A stretch of 53,380 bases of DNA from Sandaracinaceae bacterium (GTDB lineage: Bacteria; Myxococcota_A; Polyangia; Polyangiales; Sandaracinaceae). The first letter of the stretch is position 1; the number at the start of each line of letters is the position of its first letter. A program made the position numbers and the translations under genes. Where the stretch lies: NCBI GenBank assembly GCA_044220955.1, contig JBGAQA010000018.1, positions 1-53,380 of the forward strand, given 5' to 3'. Below, piece by piece: positions 38,712 to 46,412 of the stretch. Below the pieces are notes generated by a model. It was given only the letters and a program-made list of their open reading frames with translations. It was not told the origin of the DNA and searched no databases.

Positions 38712-39879
38712 AGCCGAGCGCGCCGCGACGGAAGTAGGGCGTCTCGTGGTCGACCAGCATGTCGAGCTCGGGCAGGAGGACGTAATCGCCCGGCACGTTG
38801 ACGACGAGGTTCGTCCGATCGATCCGGACGACCGCGCTCCCGGCGGACGGGATCAAGACCGTCTGTAGCGAGTGCGCGGGAGGCGAGAGCAGATCTCCGT
38901 CGACCCACACGTCGTCGAAGACCGCCCCGATGATGTGGAACGTCGGGACGTGGACGCCACCCGCCCCGTGGTAGATGACGTAGCTGCGAGCGGCGCTGCC
39001 GAGCAGCGGATGATCGACGAGCGCGCTGACGCGGCCGTTGTAGGTCACGACGTCGGGGAACGCGCGCGAGTACTGGCCGAGCTGGTCGAAGCCACCCTGG
39101 GCGTCGAGGTACACGTCCTGCTCGAACACGTAGTGCTCCGAGACGCCGTCAGCGAGCATCTGGTTGAAGGGAGCGCCTTCGTCGAGGTTGCCGTCGGCGT
39201 CGCCCGGCAGCACCAGGATCAGCCCCGACATGCCGCCGTTCATGTGCTCGGCGATGCCGCCGGGCGTGCCGTCCTCGGCGCAGTGGTAGACGAACAGGCC
39301 CGGGTGCGTCGGCCGGATGGTCATGCGGACCGTCTGCCCGGGCTCGGCCATGAGCATCGCGGCGCCGCCGCGCGCGCCGACCACGGCGTGGAAGTCGATG
39401 GAGTGCGGCTCCGCGCTCTCGGCCGGGTTCTCGAGGACGATCTCGAGCGACCGGTTCTGGACGACCTTCAGGAAGGGCCCGGGGACCCGCGCCGTCCAGT
39501 AGCCAGCCGGGATCGAGGGGTCGTCGGTCGTCGCGGCGTAGGCCATGAATTCCATCGGCACGTCCGCCGCGCCCGACCACCTCGGTGGATCCAGCGAGGG
39601 ATCGCGCGGGGCGACGAACGATCGGATCTCGCGCGTCGTGAAGGTCACCGTCGCGCCGTCCGCGAGGGGAAGGGCGGGGACCTCGTTCGGGTCTCGGGCG
39701 ATGTCGTAGTCGGCCGAGTGCGTGGTGCTCCACTCGTCGCCGCCGACGAGCGGCGACACGATGGGATAGAGGTAGCTCGGGGGCCGCGCCTCGGAGGCCG
39801 GCGCGGGCGCGGCCGTGCACGCCGCCAGAGCGACGCCGACGGCGATCCGCGGAACGAGGTTGATTCTCATACGCATCAT
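38692..39879 (-). CDS. nirK: Copper-containing nitrite reductase, lipoprotein (AniA-like); start at 39879 or 39870
   Basis: Lipobox LAAC; PHSIDFH, YHC...EHMNGGM, TFHIIG and LVDH...GALG supply type-1 and type-2 Cu ligands plus catalytic Asp/His. Confidence 0.82.
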   Translation of the reverse strand: MMRMRINLVPRIAVGVALAACTAAPAPASEARPPSYLYPIVSPLVGGDEWSTTHSADYDIARDPNEVPALPLADGATVTFTTREIRSFVAPRDPSLDPPRWSGAADVPMEFMAYAATTDDPSIPAGYWTARVPGPFLKVVQNRSLEIVLENPAESAEPHSIDFHAVVGARGGAAMLMAEPGQTVRMTIRPTHPGLFVYHCAEDGTPGGIAEHMNGGMSGLILVLPGDADGNLDEGAPFNQMLADGVSEHYVFEQDVYLDAQGGFDQLGQYSRAFPDVVTYNGRVSALVDHPLLGSAARSYVIYHGAGGVHVPTFHIIGAVFDDVWVDGDLLSPPAHSLQTVLIPSAGSAVVRIDRTNLVVNVPGDYVLLPELDMLVDHETPYFRRGALGFMEVTP

Positions 39880-39905
39880 GCTGCCTGGCCCGACGTGGCG
39901 ACGGC

Positions 39906-39919
39906 TTGATCGCGAGCAA
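39906..39919. promoter_or_regulatory. FNR/DNR/NnrR-type box TTGAT-CGCG-AGCAA upstream of nirK
   Basis: 9/10 match to TTGAT-N4-ATCAA, centred 42.5 bp upstream of the ATG at 39870. Confidence 0.7.
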
Positions 39920-39977
39920 TCGCGCCTCGACGGGGTCGCTCCCACGGCTCTCGGCCGGATGGGATGGGCTCTGCGCC

Positions 39978-40260
39978 ATGGTCTCGCGCTGGGCGCTCGG
40001 CGCGCTCTTGCTCCAGCTGGCGCTGGCCGCCTGGGCCGGTGAGCGCTTCCCGATCTCGCTGGGTGTCGGTCGCGGCGCTGATCTCGGGGGCCGGCACGCT
40101 CGGAGAGGTCCAGCGCGGCCCGCACGCGCTCGGTGCCGCGTGGGTCGCGCTCGGGTCGATCGCGTACGTCGTGTCGATCGTGCTCTGGGCTGCTGGGCGG
40201 GCTCTCGGCGTTCGCGCTGCTGGCCCGGCTCGTTCGGAGGACGCTCCTCTTCCCTACGGC
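39978..40260 (+). pseudogene. Possible frameshifted remnant of a membrane protein gene
   Basis: TM-like MVSRWALGALLLQLALAAWAG in one frame continues as WVSVAALISGAG...WVALGSIAYVVSIVLWAAG in the +1 frame near 40060; no clean stop. Confidence 0.35.
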
Positions 40261-40396
40261 AATGCCCGCCCTTGGCAGGGGGGCTGGACGCCCAGCGGCG
40301 GCGCCCGCATCCTCCCGCCCCGAGGCAGCACCCGTGCAGGATCGATCTCCCCCGAGCCCCGAAGCCGATGCCGCGCGCGCCCGCGCGGAGCGGCGC

Positions 40397-41215
40397 ATGC
40401 AGTCCGACGAGGAGCTCGGCCTCGAGTTCTTCGACGACTACTACGCCTACGCCCCCGCCGCCCTGGCGCTGCGCGAGTGCGTGCGCCTCGCCGCGATGCG
40501 CGGTGTCGAGCTGCCCGAGCCGATCCTCGACGTCGGCTGCGGCGACGGGATCTTCGCGCGCCTCTGCTACCCGCACCGGCAGGTCTGGGGCATCGACATC
40601 AACCCGAACGAGATCCGCCGCGCGCAGAGCACGTCGACGTACTCGACGCTCATCTGCGGGAGCATCACGAGCTCCGACCTGCCGGCCGGCTACTTCAAGA
40701 GCGCGATCGCCAACTGCAGCCTCGAGCACGTGCCGGACATCGCGGCCGCATTTCGCACCATCTCGAACGCGCTGGCGCCGGGCGCGCCGTTCGTCCTCAT
40801 CGTCCCGACCCCCGACTGGACGCACGAGCTCGTCGTGCCGCGGATGCTCGAGCGCGCTGGCCTCGCGGGTGCCGCACGCTCGTACCGGGACGGACTCGAT
40901 CGCCTGTTCCACCACGTGCACCTGTACGACGAGCAGCGCTGGACCGAGCTGCTCGACGCCGCGGGCATGAGCGTCGATCGCGTCGAGCCGATCGTGTCGA
41001 GCGGCGTCACGAGCGCGTTCGATCTCCTGCTCTACCCGAGCGTGGCGGGCTGGATCACCAAGCAGCTCACGGGGCACTGGACGCTGCTGCCTCCCGTCCG
41101 GCGAGCGCTCTCCGCGCCTGCCAAGCAAGCCACCCGCGCGATCTCGGCGATGTTCCGCCGCAGCCCGGACGCCATGCGAGCGGGCGAGATCGTCGTCCAC
41201 GCGCGCAAGCGCTGA
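40397..41215 (+). CDS. Class I SAM-dependent methyltransferase
   Basis: ILDVGCGDG, WGIDIN, ANCSLEHVPD, LAPGAPFVLIVP. Confidence 0.88.
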   Translation: MQSDEELGLEFFDDYYAYAPAALALRECVRLAAMRGVELPEPILDVGCGDGIFARLCYPHRQVWGIDINPNEIRRAQSTSTYSTLICGSITSSDLPAGYFKSAIANCSLEHVPDIAAAFRTISNALAPGAPFVLIVPTPDWTHELVVPRMLERAGLAGAARSYRDGLDRLFHHVHLYDEQRWTELLDAAGMSVDRVEPIVSSGVTSAFDLLLYPSVAGWITKQLTGHWTLLPPVRRALSAPAKQATRAISAMFRRSPDAMRAGEIVVHARKR

Positions 41216-41222
41216 GTGCGCC

Positions 41223-41888
41223 GTGACCGAGGCCGTCTACTTCTCGAACCACGCCCGCAAGGACCGCTTTCCGTGGTCGATCTACCACCGGCCGCTCCTC
41301 ACGGGCTTTCGCCAGGTGCTCGCCACGGCGCCTGCCGGGGCGCGGGTGCTGATCGTCGGGTGCGGGCTCGAGCCCGTCGTGCCCGGCGTCTCGGGCGTCA
41401 CCTTCTTCGGCTGCGACCTCGATTCCAACGCCGTCGCCGAGTCGCGGCGCCTCTTCCCCGAGATGGCGGATCGCCTCGCGACGTGCCCGTCGCAGGTGGC
41501 GCTGCCGAGCGAGGGCGCGTTCGCGGGTGACTTCGACGTCGTGCTCGCCAAGGAGGTCATCGAGCATCTCCCGGAGCCGGAGCCCTGGGCTCGGATGCTG
41601 GCGCGGCGCGTCCGCGTGGGCGGCTCGCTGGTCCTGTCGACGCCGAACTACGGGCTCGACTCGTCGCTCGGCGTGCTCGAGCGCACGGTGCTCGAGTGGG
41701 TCGCGCGTCGCGACGGCTACTCGCGGGCGCACATCCATCCCTCGAAGTTCGATCGCGCGCGCCTTCGCGCCCTCGACGTCGGACCGGGGATGCAGCTCGA
41801 GCGCATCGAGGTGCCCTGGACGCGCTGGACGCTGCTCGGGCACTGGCGGCGGACGGCGCCGGTGACGAGAGAGCAGGGCACCCGCTGA
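41223..41888 (+). CDS. Class I SAM-dependent methyltransferase
   Basis: VLIVGCG, FGCDLD, FDVVLAKEVIEHL, GGSLVLSTPN. Confidence 0.85.
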   Translation: MTEAVYFSNHARKDRFPWSIYHRPLLTGFRQVLATAPAGARVLIVGCGLEPVVPGVSGVTFFGCDLDSNAVAESRRLFPEMADRLATCPSQVALPSEGAFAGDFDVVLAKEVIEHLPEPEPWARMLARRVRVGGSLVLSTPNYGLDSSLGVLERTVLEWVARRDGYSRAHIHPSKFDRARLRALDVGPGMQLERIEVPWTRWTLLGHWRRTAPVTREQGTR

Positions 41889-41913
41889 CGCGGATGCAGT
41901 AGAGTCCCGCGCG

Positions 41914-44646
41914 ATGCTGCCGCGCCTCGTGAGGGCTCGCGCCTGGATCGTCGCGCTGGGCGTCATCGTCGCGCTGACGTACCTCGCGCAGTCTCGCCCC
42001 GCGTCCGAGGCGCCGCTGCTCTTGGCGATGGCGGCGCTCGCGACGGTCCTGCCGCGGCGGACGCGTCTGCGCCTGCCGCTCGTCGGGGAGATCGGCCGTC
42101 ACCGCGAGGCGTTCACGGCCGGGATCATCGCGCTGCTCGGCCTCCTGACGTTCGGTCCCATCGTGCGGGCGGGGGAGGCTGGCTACCACTGCGACTGGAG
42201 CCAGAACATCGCGGTGGTCGAGGAGATCGTGCAGGAGTGGTCCCACGGCCGCCCCACTCCCGCGGTGTTCCTGGGCATCGCCGCGGGCGATCCCACGCCC
42301 GACCTCTACCCGACGCTCCCGCACCAGCTCGCGGCGGTGATCGCGTACCTGATGGGCGGCGCTTCCCACGCGCACATGGTCACGATGGTGATCGTGCTCG
42401 TCGCGTGGATCGCGGCGGCCGTCGGCGTGACGCGCCTCGCGCTCTGCTTCTCGGCATGGCCGGTCGCGCTGCTCGCGGGCCTCGCGTGCCTCTTCGACAG
42501 CACCGAGATGTTCCAGTGGAGCCTCTCCGGGACCTGGTACTGGGGTCTCTTCCCTTCGACGTGCGCGATCGGCGTGCTGGTGAACGGCCTCCCCTCGCTC
42601 GCGCGCATGCTCGAGGCCCCGCCGACCCGCGGGCAGATGGTGACGGCCTGGGCTCTGATCGGGCTCGGGGCGATGACGCACCCGATCGCGCTGCTCATGT
42701 CGATCGTGATCTTCGGCTCCGCCGTGCTCGGGACCGCGTTCGCCCGCCGTGAGCGGCGCCTGCGCTGGGCGAGCGTGGCGCTCCACGTCGGGATCGCGCT
42801 CGGCCTCGCCGCGTTCGCTTGGCTTCCGGCGACGACGCGCCTGATGCTCTACGCCGTCCACTACGGCAACCCGCAGATCCCCGTGTGGCTCGCCCTCGAG
42901 CGCTGCGTCACGGGGCTCTTTCCCCAGACCTCGTTCGCGACGCTGATGGGCTTCAGCGTCTTCACGCTCCTGTCGGGGCGCCGCGGCGCGGCCTGGGCCT
43001 GGCTCGCGGCCTGGATCGCGCTCTCGCTCTACATGGAGCCGCTCTTCCTCGACCTGGGCCTCGCTCCGACCCCCTCGTCGGCACGCATCCAGTGCTTCCG
43101 CACGACGAGCGTGGCGATGCCTCTTCTCTACGCGGCGTCCGGCGCACTGTTCTCGGCGCCCGCGGCCGTCCCGCACGGACGCTACGGCAAGGTCACCCGC
43201 TTCGTGCCCGCGCTCGCGTTCCTCGCCGCGATCGGCTGGCTCGGTAGTGCGCCCTTCGAGACGGGAGCGAGCTGGGCGCGCTCGCACGCGGAGACCGGCC
43301 TGCGGCTCGTGTCCGAGGTGCGCATCACGAACCGTCCGGCCTTCGAGGAGATGCTCTCGTGGTTCCGGGAGCAAGCGGCGGCCCTGCCGCCCGGCCAGTA
43401 CGCGCGCGTCGCCTACGAGTGCGGGGGCGATCCGATCAACGAGGTGCTCCGGATCCACCCGGAGAGCGGTCTGCCCGTCACGACCCACGGCCGCTTCGTG
43501 CCGATCTTCCTCGCTCGGGAGCAGTTCCATGCGACGACGCCGGACAACCTCCAGCGATGGGCGGTGCGCTGGTCGATCGGCGCCGATCAGGTGGAGCCGC
43601 GCGGCGACCCGGCGACGGAGCGACGCTTCGGGATCCTGCGCGTCCGCGAGGTGCCGTCCTGGGACGGCCAGCTCGTCCACGTCGTGCGCGGCGAGGGCAC
43701 GGCGCGCCTGGCGGAGATCGACGACGCGCACCTGGCGATCGACGTCGAAGCGGCGGCGCCGGTGCTGGTCGAGATGGGCATTCCTTACTATCCGCGCTGG
43801 CGCGGCGAGCACGAGGGCTCTGCCATCACGCCCTGCGGGGAGCCCGTCGACGCTGCGGCGCCCACCGAGGAGCGCGTGCTCGCGGCGTGGCTGCCGCCGG
43901 GCCGCACGGTGCTCACGCCGGACGGTCCGCTTCCCTCCGACCGGGCGGGCTGGCCCCTCACGCTGCTCGGTCTGGTCCTCGCGGCCGTGATCTGGCCCAG
44001 GCGCTCACCCCTCGCCCTCGACGCGCGTCTCGCTCCGGTGCGCGCCGCGGCTCGGGCCTTCGTCGTACGTCACTCGGGCGCGGCCGTGCTCGCGACGGCG
44101 TGCGTCGTGGCCGTGGTCCTGCCGGCGCGGCAGGGCGCGTTCGGCGGAACGGCCCGCTCGCTCCGCTTCGGCGGCATGTTCGCCCCGGCGCAGATCGACG
44201 TGGTCACGCCCGAGGGGCGGGTGCCGTGCGAGGCGCGCGATCTGCTCGGCCACGACGTGCGCTGCCCGGGGGGAGTCCGCGCGCTCCTCGTGGTCACGCA
44301 CAACGTGTACGACGCCGCGGTGGGCTGGCCGGTCCCGCTGCCCGGCGTGCTCATCAACTCGGGCGGCACCTTCGAGCTCGTGTTCCACGCCTCAGGCACC
44401 TGGTCTCCGGGGGAGCACCGCCTGTTCTGCGGCGGCGGGTGCCGGCGCGTCGGCATCGTCATCGACGGCGTCGAGCGCTCGTTCGACGCCCAGCAGACGC
44501 GCGTCTTCGAGCTCGATCACACCGAGGAGGGTCTGGACGTGCACGTGTACGGCGTGTCGGGCGAGACGCCGATCTCGATCGTGCGCTCCGACGCCGTCGA
44601 CGTCGATCGCCACCACGACGTCCCGGTCTGCGGCGAGTCGCCCTGA
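41914..44646 (+). CDS. Large polytopic membrane protein (GT-C/YfhO-like)
   Basis: More than ten TM segments; DW..N and AGDPTPDLYPTLPH early loop; PYYPRW motif in a soluble domain before the last TMs. Confidence 0.65.
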   Translation: MLPRLVRARAWIVALGVIVALTYLAQSRPASEAPLLLAMAALATVLPRRTRLRLPLVGEIGRHREAFTAGIIALLGLLTFGPIVRAGEAGYHCDWSQNIAVVEEIVQEWSHGRPTPAVFLGIAAGDPTPDLYPTLPHQLAAVIAYLMGGASHAHMVTMVIVLVAWIAAAVGVTRLALCFSAWPVALLAGLACLFDSTEMFQWSLSGTWYWGLFPSTCAIGVLVNGLPSLARMLEAPPTRGQMVTAWALIGLGAMTHPIALLMSIVIFGSAVLGTAFARRERRLRWASVALHVGIALGLAAFAWLPATTRLMLYAVHYGNPQIPVWLALERCVTGLFPQTSFATLMGFSVFTLLSGRRGAAWAWLAAWIALSLYMEPLFLDLGLAPTPSSARIQCFRTTSVAMPLLYAASGALFSAPAAVPHGRYGKVTRFVPALAFLAAIGWLGSAPFETGASWARSHAETGLRLVSEVRITNRPAFEEMLSWFREQAAALPPGQYARVAYECGGDPINEVLRIHPESGLPVTTHGRFVPIFLAREQFHATTPDNLQRWAVRWSIGADQVEPRGDPATERRFGILRVREVPSWDGQLVHVVRGEGTARLAEIDDAHLAIDVEAAAPVLVEMGIPYYPRWRGEHEGSAITPCGEPVDAAAPTEERVLAAWLPPGRTVLTPDGPLPSDRAGWPLTLLGLVLAAVIWPRRSPLALDARLAPVRAAARAFVVRHSGAAVLATACVVAVVLPARQGAFGGTARSLRFGGMFAPAQIDVVTPEGRVPCEARDLLGHDVRCPGGVRALLVVTHNVYDAAVGWPVPLPGVLINSGGTFELVFHASGTWSPGEHRLFCGGGCRRVGIVIDGVERSFDAQQTRVFELDHTEEGLDVHVYGVSGETPISIVRSDAVDVDRHHDVPVCGESP

Positions 44647-44693
44647 CGTCGAGCGCGTCGTGCTGCGGCGGCGTGTGCGAGACTGCGCGCTCC

Positions 44694-45194
44694 ATGTCCT
44701 CCGATCCGGCCATCCCGCTCGATCCCCCGCTCGATGGGCACCTCTTCGGTCCCGGCCAGCCCTGCTTCGGCTGCGGGCCGGACCACCCTTACGGCTTCCG
44801 CTTGAGGTTCGTCCGGGAGGGCGACGAGATCGTCACGCGCTTCACGCCGGGCGAGCGCTACCAGGGGCCGCCGGGGATCATGCACGGGGGGCTCGTCTCC
44901 ACGCTCGCGGACGAGGTCGCCGCGTGGGCCGTCATCGGGATCTCGGGCAAGTTCGGCTTCACGGCGACCTTCGACGCGAAGCTGCACCACCCGGTCCGCA
45001 TCGGCGTGCCCGTCGAGGGCCGCAGCGTCGTGATCAAGGACATGCGGCGCATCGTCGACGTCGGCGTGCGCATCGTTCAGGACGGAAAGGACGCCATGAG
45101 TGGCACGTTCCGCTTCGTCGTGCTCGACAAGGGCGGCGCGCAGCGGATGCTCGGCGGGCCCATTCCGAAGAGCTGGGAGCGCTACTGCCGCTGA
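44694..45194 (+). CDS. PaaI-family hotdog thioesterase
   Basis: CFGCG..HPYG, YQGPPGIMHGGLVSTLADE. Confidence 0.88.
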   Translation: MSSDPAIPLDPPLDGHLFGPGQPCFGCGPDHPYGFRLRFVREGDEIVTRFTPGERYQGPPGIMHGGLVSTLADEVAAWAVIGISGKFGFTATFDAKLHHPVRIGVPVEGRSVVIKDMRRIVDVGVRIVQDGKDAMSGTFRFVVLDKGGAQRMLGGPIPKSWERYCR

Positions 45195-45241
45195 CGAGCC
45201 GTTGACACGGCGTGCGTCTGGCCCCATCCAATCCAGCTGAC

Positions 45242-45499
45242 ATGGTCGAGCCCAGCATCCTCGAGCAGCTCATCCGCACCAAGATCGACGGCGTCACCCA
45301 CGTGGCGATCGAGGATCTGACCGGCACCAAGGACCACTTCCAGGCGGTCGTGGTGAGCCCCGCGTTCGCCACGCTCAGCCGCGTGGAGCAGCACCAGGCC
45401 GTGTACCGCGCGCTCGGCGAGCTCATGGCGGGCCCCGTGCACGCGCTCACGCTCCAGACCTACACGCCCGAGAAGTGGGCGACCCAAGGCAAGAAGTAG
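45242..45499 (+). CDS. bolA: BolA/IbaG family protein
   Basis: DHFQAVVVSPAF..LSRVEQHQAVY...VHALTLQTYTP. Confidence 0.92.
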   Translation: MVEPSILEQLIRTKIDGVTHVAIEDLTGTKDHFQAVVVSPAFATLSRVEQHQAVYRALGELMAGPVHALTLQTYTPEKWATQGKK

Positions 45500-45523
45500 C
45501 ACCGAGACGCAGAGGAGACTCTC

Positions 45524-45856
45524 ATGGACGATCAGCTCAGGCAGCGCCTCCAGGGATTGGTCGAGGGCCACAAGATCGTGCTCTTCATGAAGGGCACGAA
45601 GTCCTTCCCGCAGTGCGGCTTCTCGGCGACGGTCGTCGAGGTGCTCAAGCGGCTCGATGCGCAGTTCGAGACGGTGAACATCCTCGCGGACGCCGACGTC
45701 CGGCAGGGGATGAAGGAGTACTCGAACTGGCCGACGTTCCCGCAGCTCTACGTCGAGGGCCGCTTCGTCGGCGGCTGCGACATCGTGCGCGACATGTTCA
45801 CGGCCGGCGAGCTCAAGCCGATCGTCGACAGGGCCCTGGGCCGGCCGAGCGCCTGA
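45524..45856 (+). CDS. grxD: Monothiol glutaredoxin (Grx4)
   Basis: LFMKG...[27 protein letters not shown]. Confidence 0.95.
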   Translation: MDDQLRQRLQGLVEGHKIVLFMKGTKSFPQCGFSATVVEVLKRLDAQFETVNILADADVRQGMKEYSNWPTFPQLYVEGRFVGGCDIVRDMFTAGELKPIVDRALGRPSA

Positions 45857-45977
45857 GGGCGGGCGGCGCGCGCGCTGGAAGCCCGATCCCCGACGGCGTA
45901 GCGAGCGAGCGCCCGTTCGTGGCATCCTCGCAGCGCGTGGCGCGGGGAAGACCGGCACGCGTGGGAGAAGGGCCAAC

Positions 45978-46337
45978 ATGCGCATCTCGTCGTTCGGGTT
46001 CCTGTTCGCCGTCGTGGTGATGCTCGCGTCCGTTTCGGGCTGCAAGCCGCTCTCGCGGGACACCTACGAGAACTGCTACGCGTCTGCCGACTGCAACGCG
46101 GTCTCGGACAGCTGCGTTCTCGTGATGAGCAGCGGGTCGGACCGCTTCTGCAGCCGCCCCTGCGTCACCGGCAGCGACTGCCCGCGCTCGCGCGACGGGG
46201 ACGCCTTCGGCGTGTGCCTGCCCGTCGCGTCGGGCGACACGTTCTGCTACTCGCACTGCTCGTTCGACTCGGACTGCCCGGTGGGCTGGATCTGCAACCC
46301 CGGCACCGTCCGGGGCGCCGCCTGCACGCCGCGGTGA
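45978..46337 (+). CDS. Small Cys-rich lipoprotein
   Basis: Lipobox VSGC; three C....DC units. Confidence 0.75.
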   Translation: MRISSFGFLFAVVVMLASVSGCKPLSRDTYENCYASADCNAVSDSCVLVMSSGSDRFCSRPCVTGSDCPRSRDGDAFGVCLPVASGDTFCYSHCSFDSDCPVGWICNPGTVRGAACTPR

Positions 46338-46412
46338 GCGATCCGGCGGCTGCGTGAGACGCGTCCGGCTCCGCCGGCGCGTCGAGGGGGCCACCCGGGG
46401 GCCCTCGAGCGT

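Noticed and set aside
45202..45232. TTGACA upstream of bolA as a sigma70 promoter
   Set aside because: No convincing -10 hexamer at 16-18 bp spacing.
44694..45856. Thioesterase and bolA-grxD as dedicated BCR accessory genes
   Set aside because: bolA-grxD is a widespread housekeeping pair, lies about 6 kb away beyond unrelated genes, and shows no FNR-like box.
46340..46412. GC hairpins between convergent genes as an intrinsic terminator
   Set aside because: Imperfect stems without a U-tract; such hairpins are expected by chance at this GC content.
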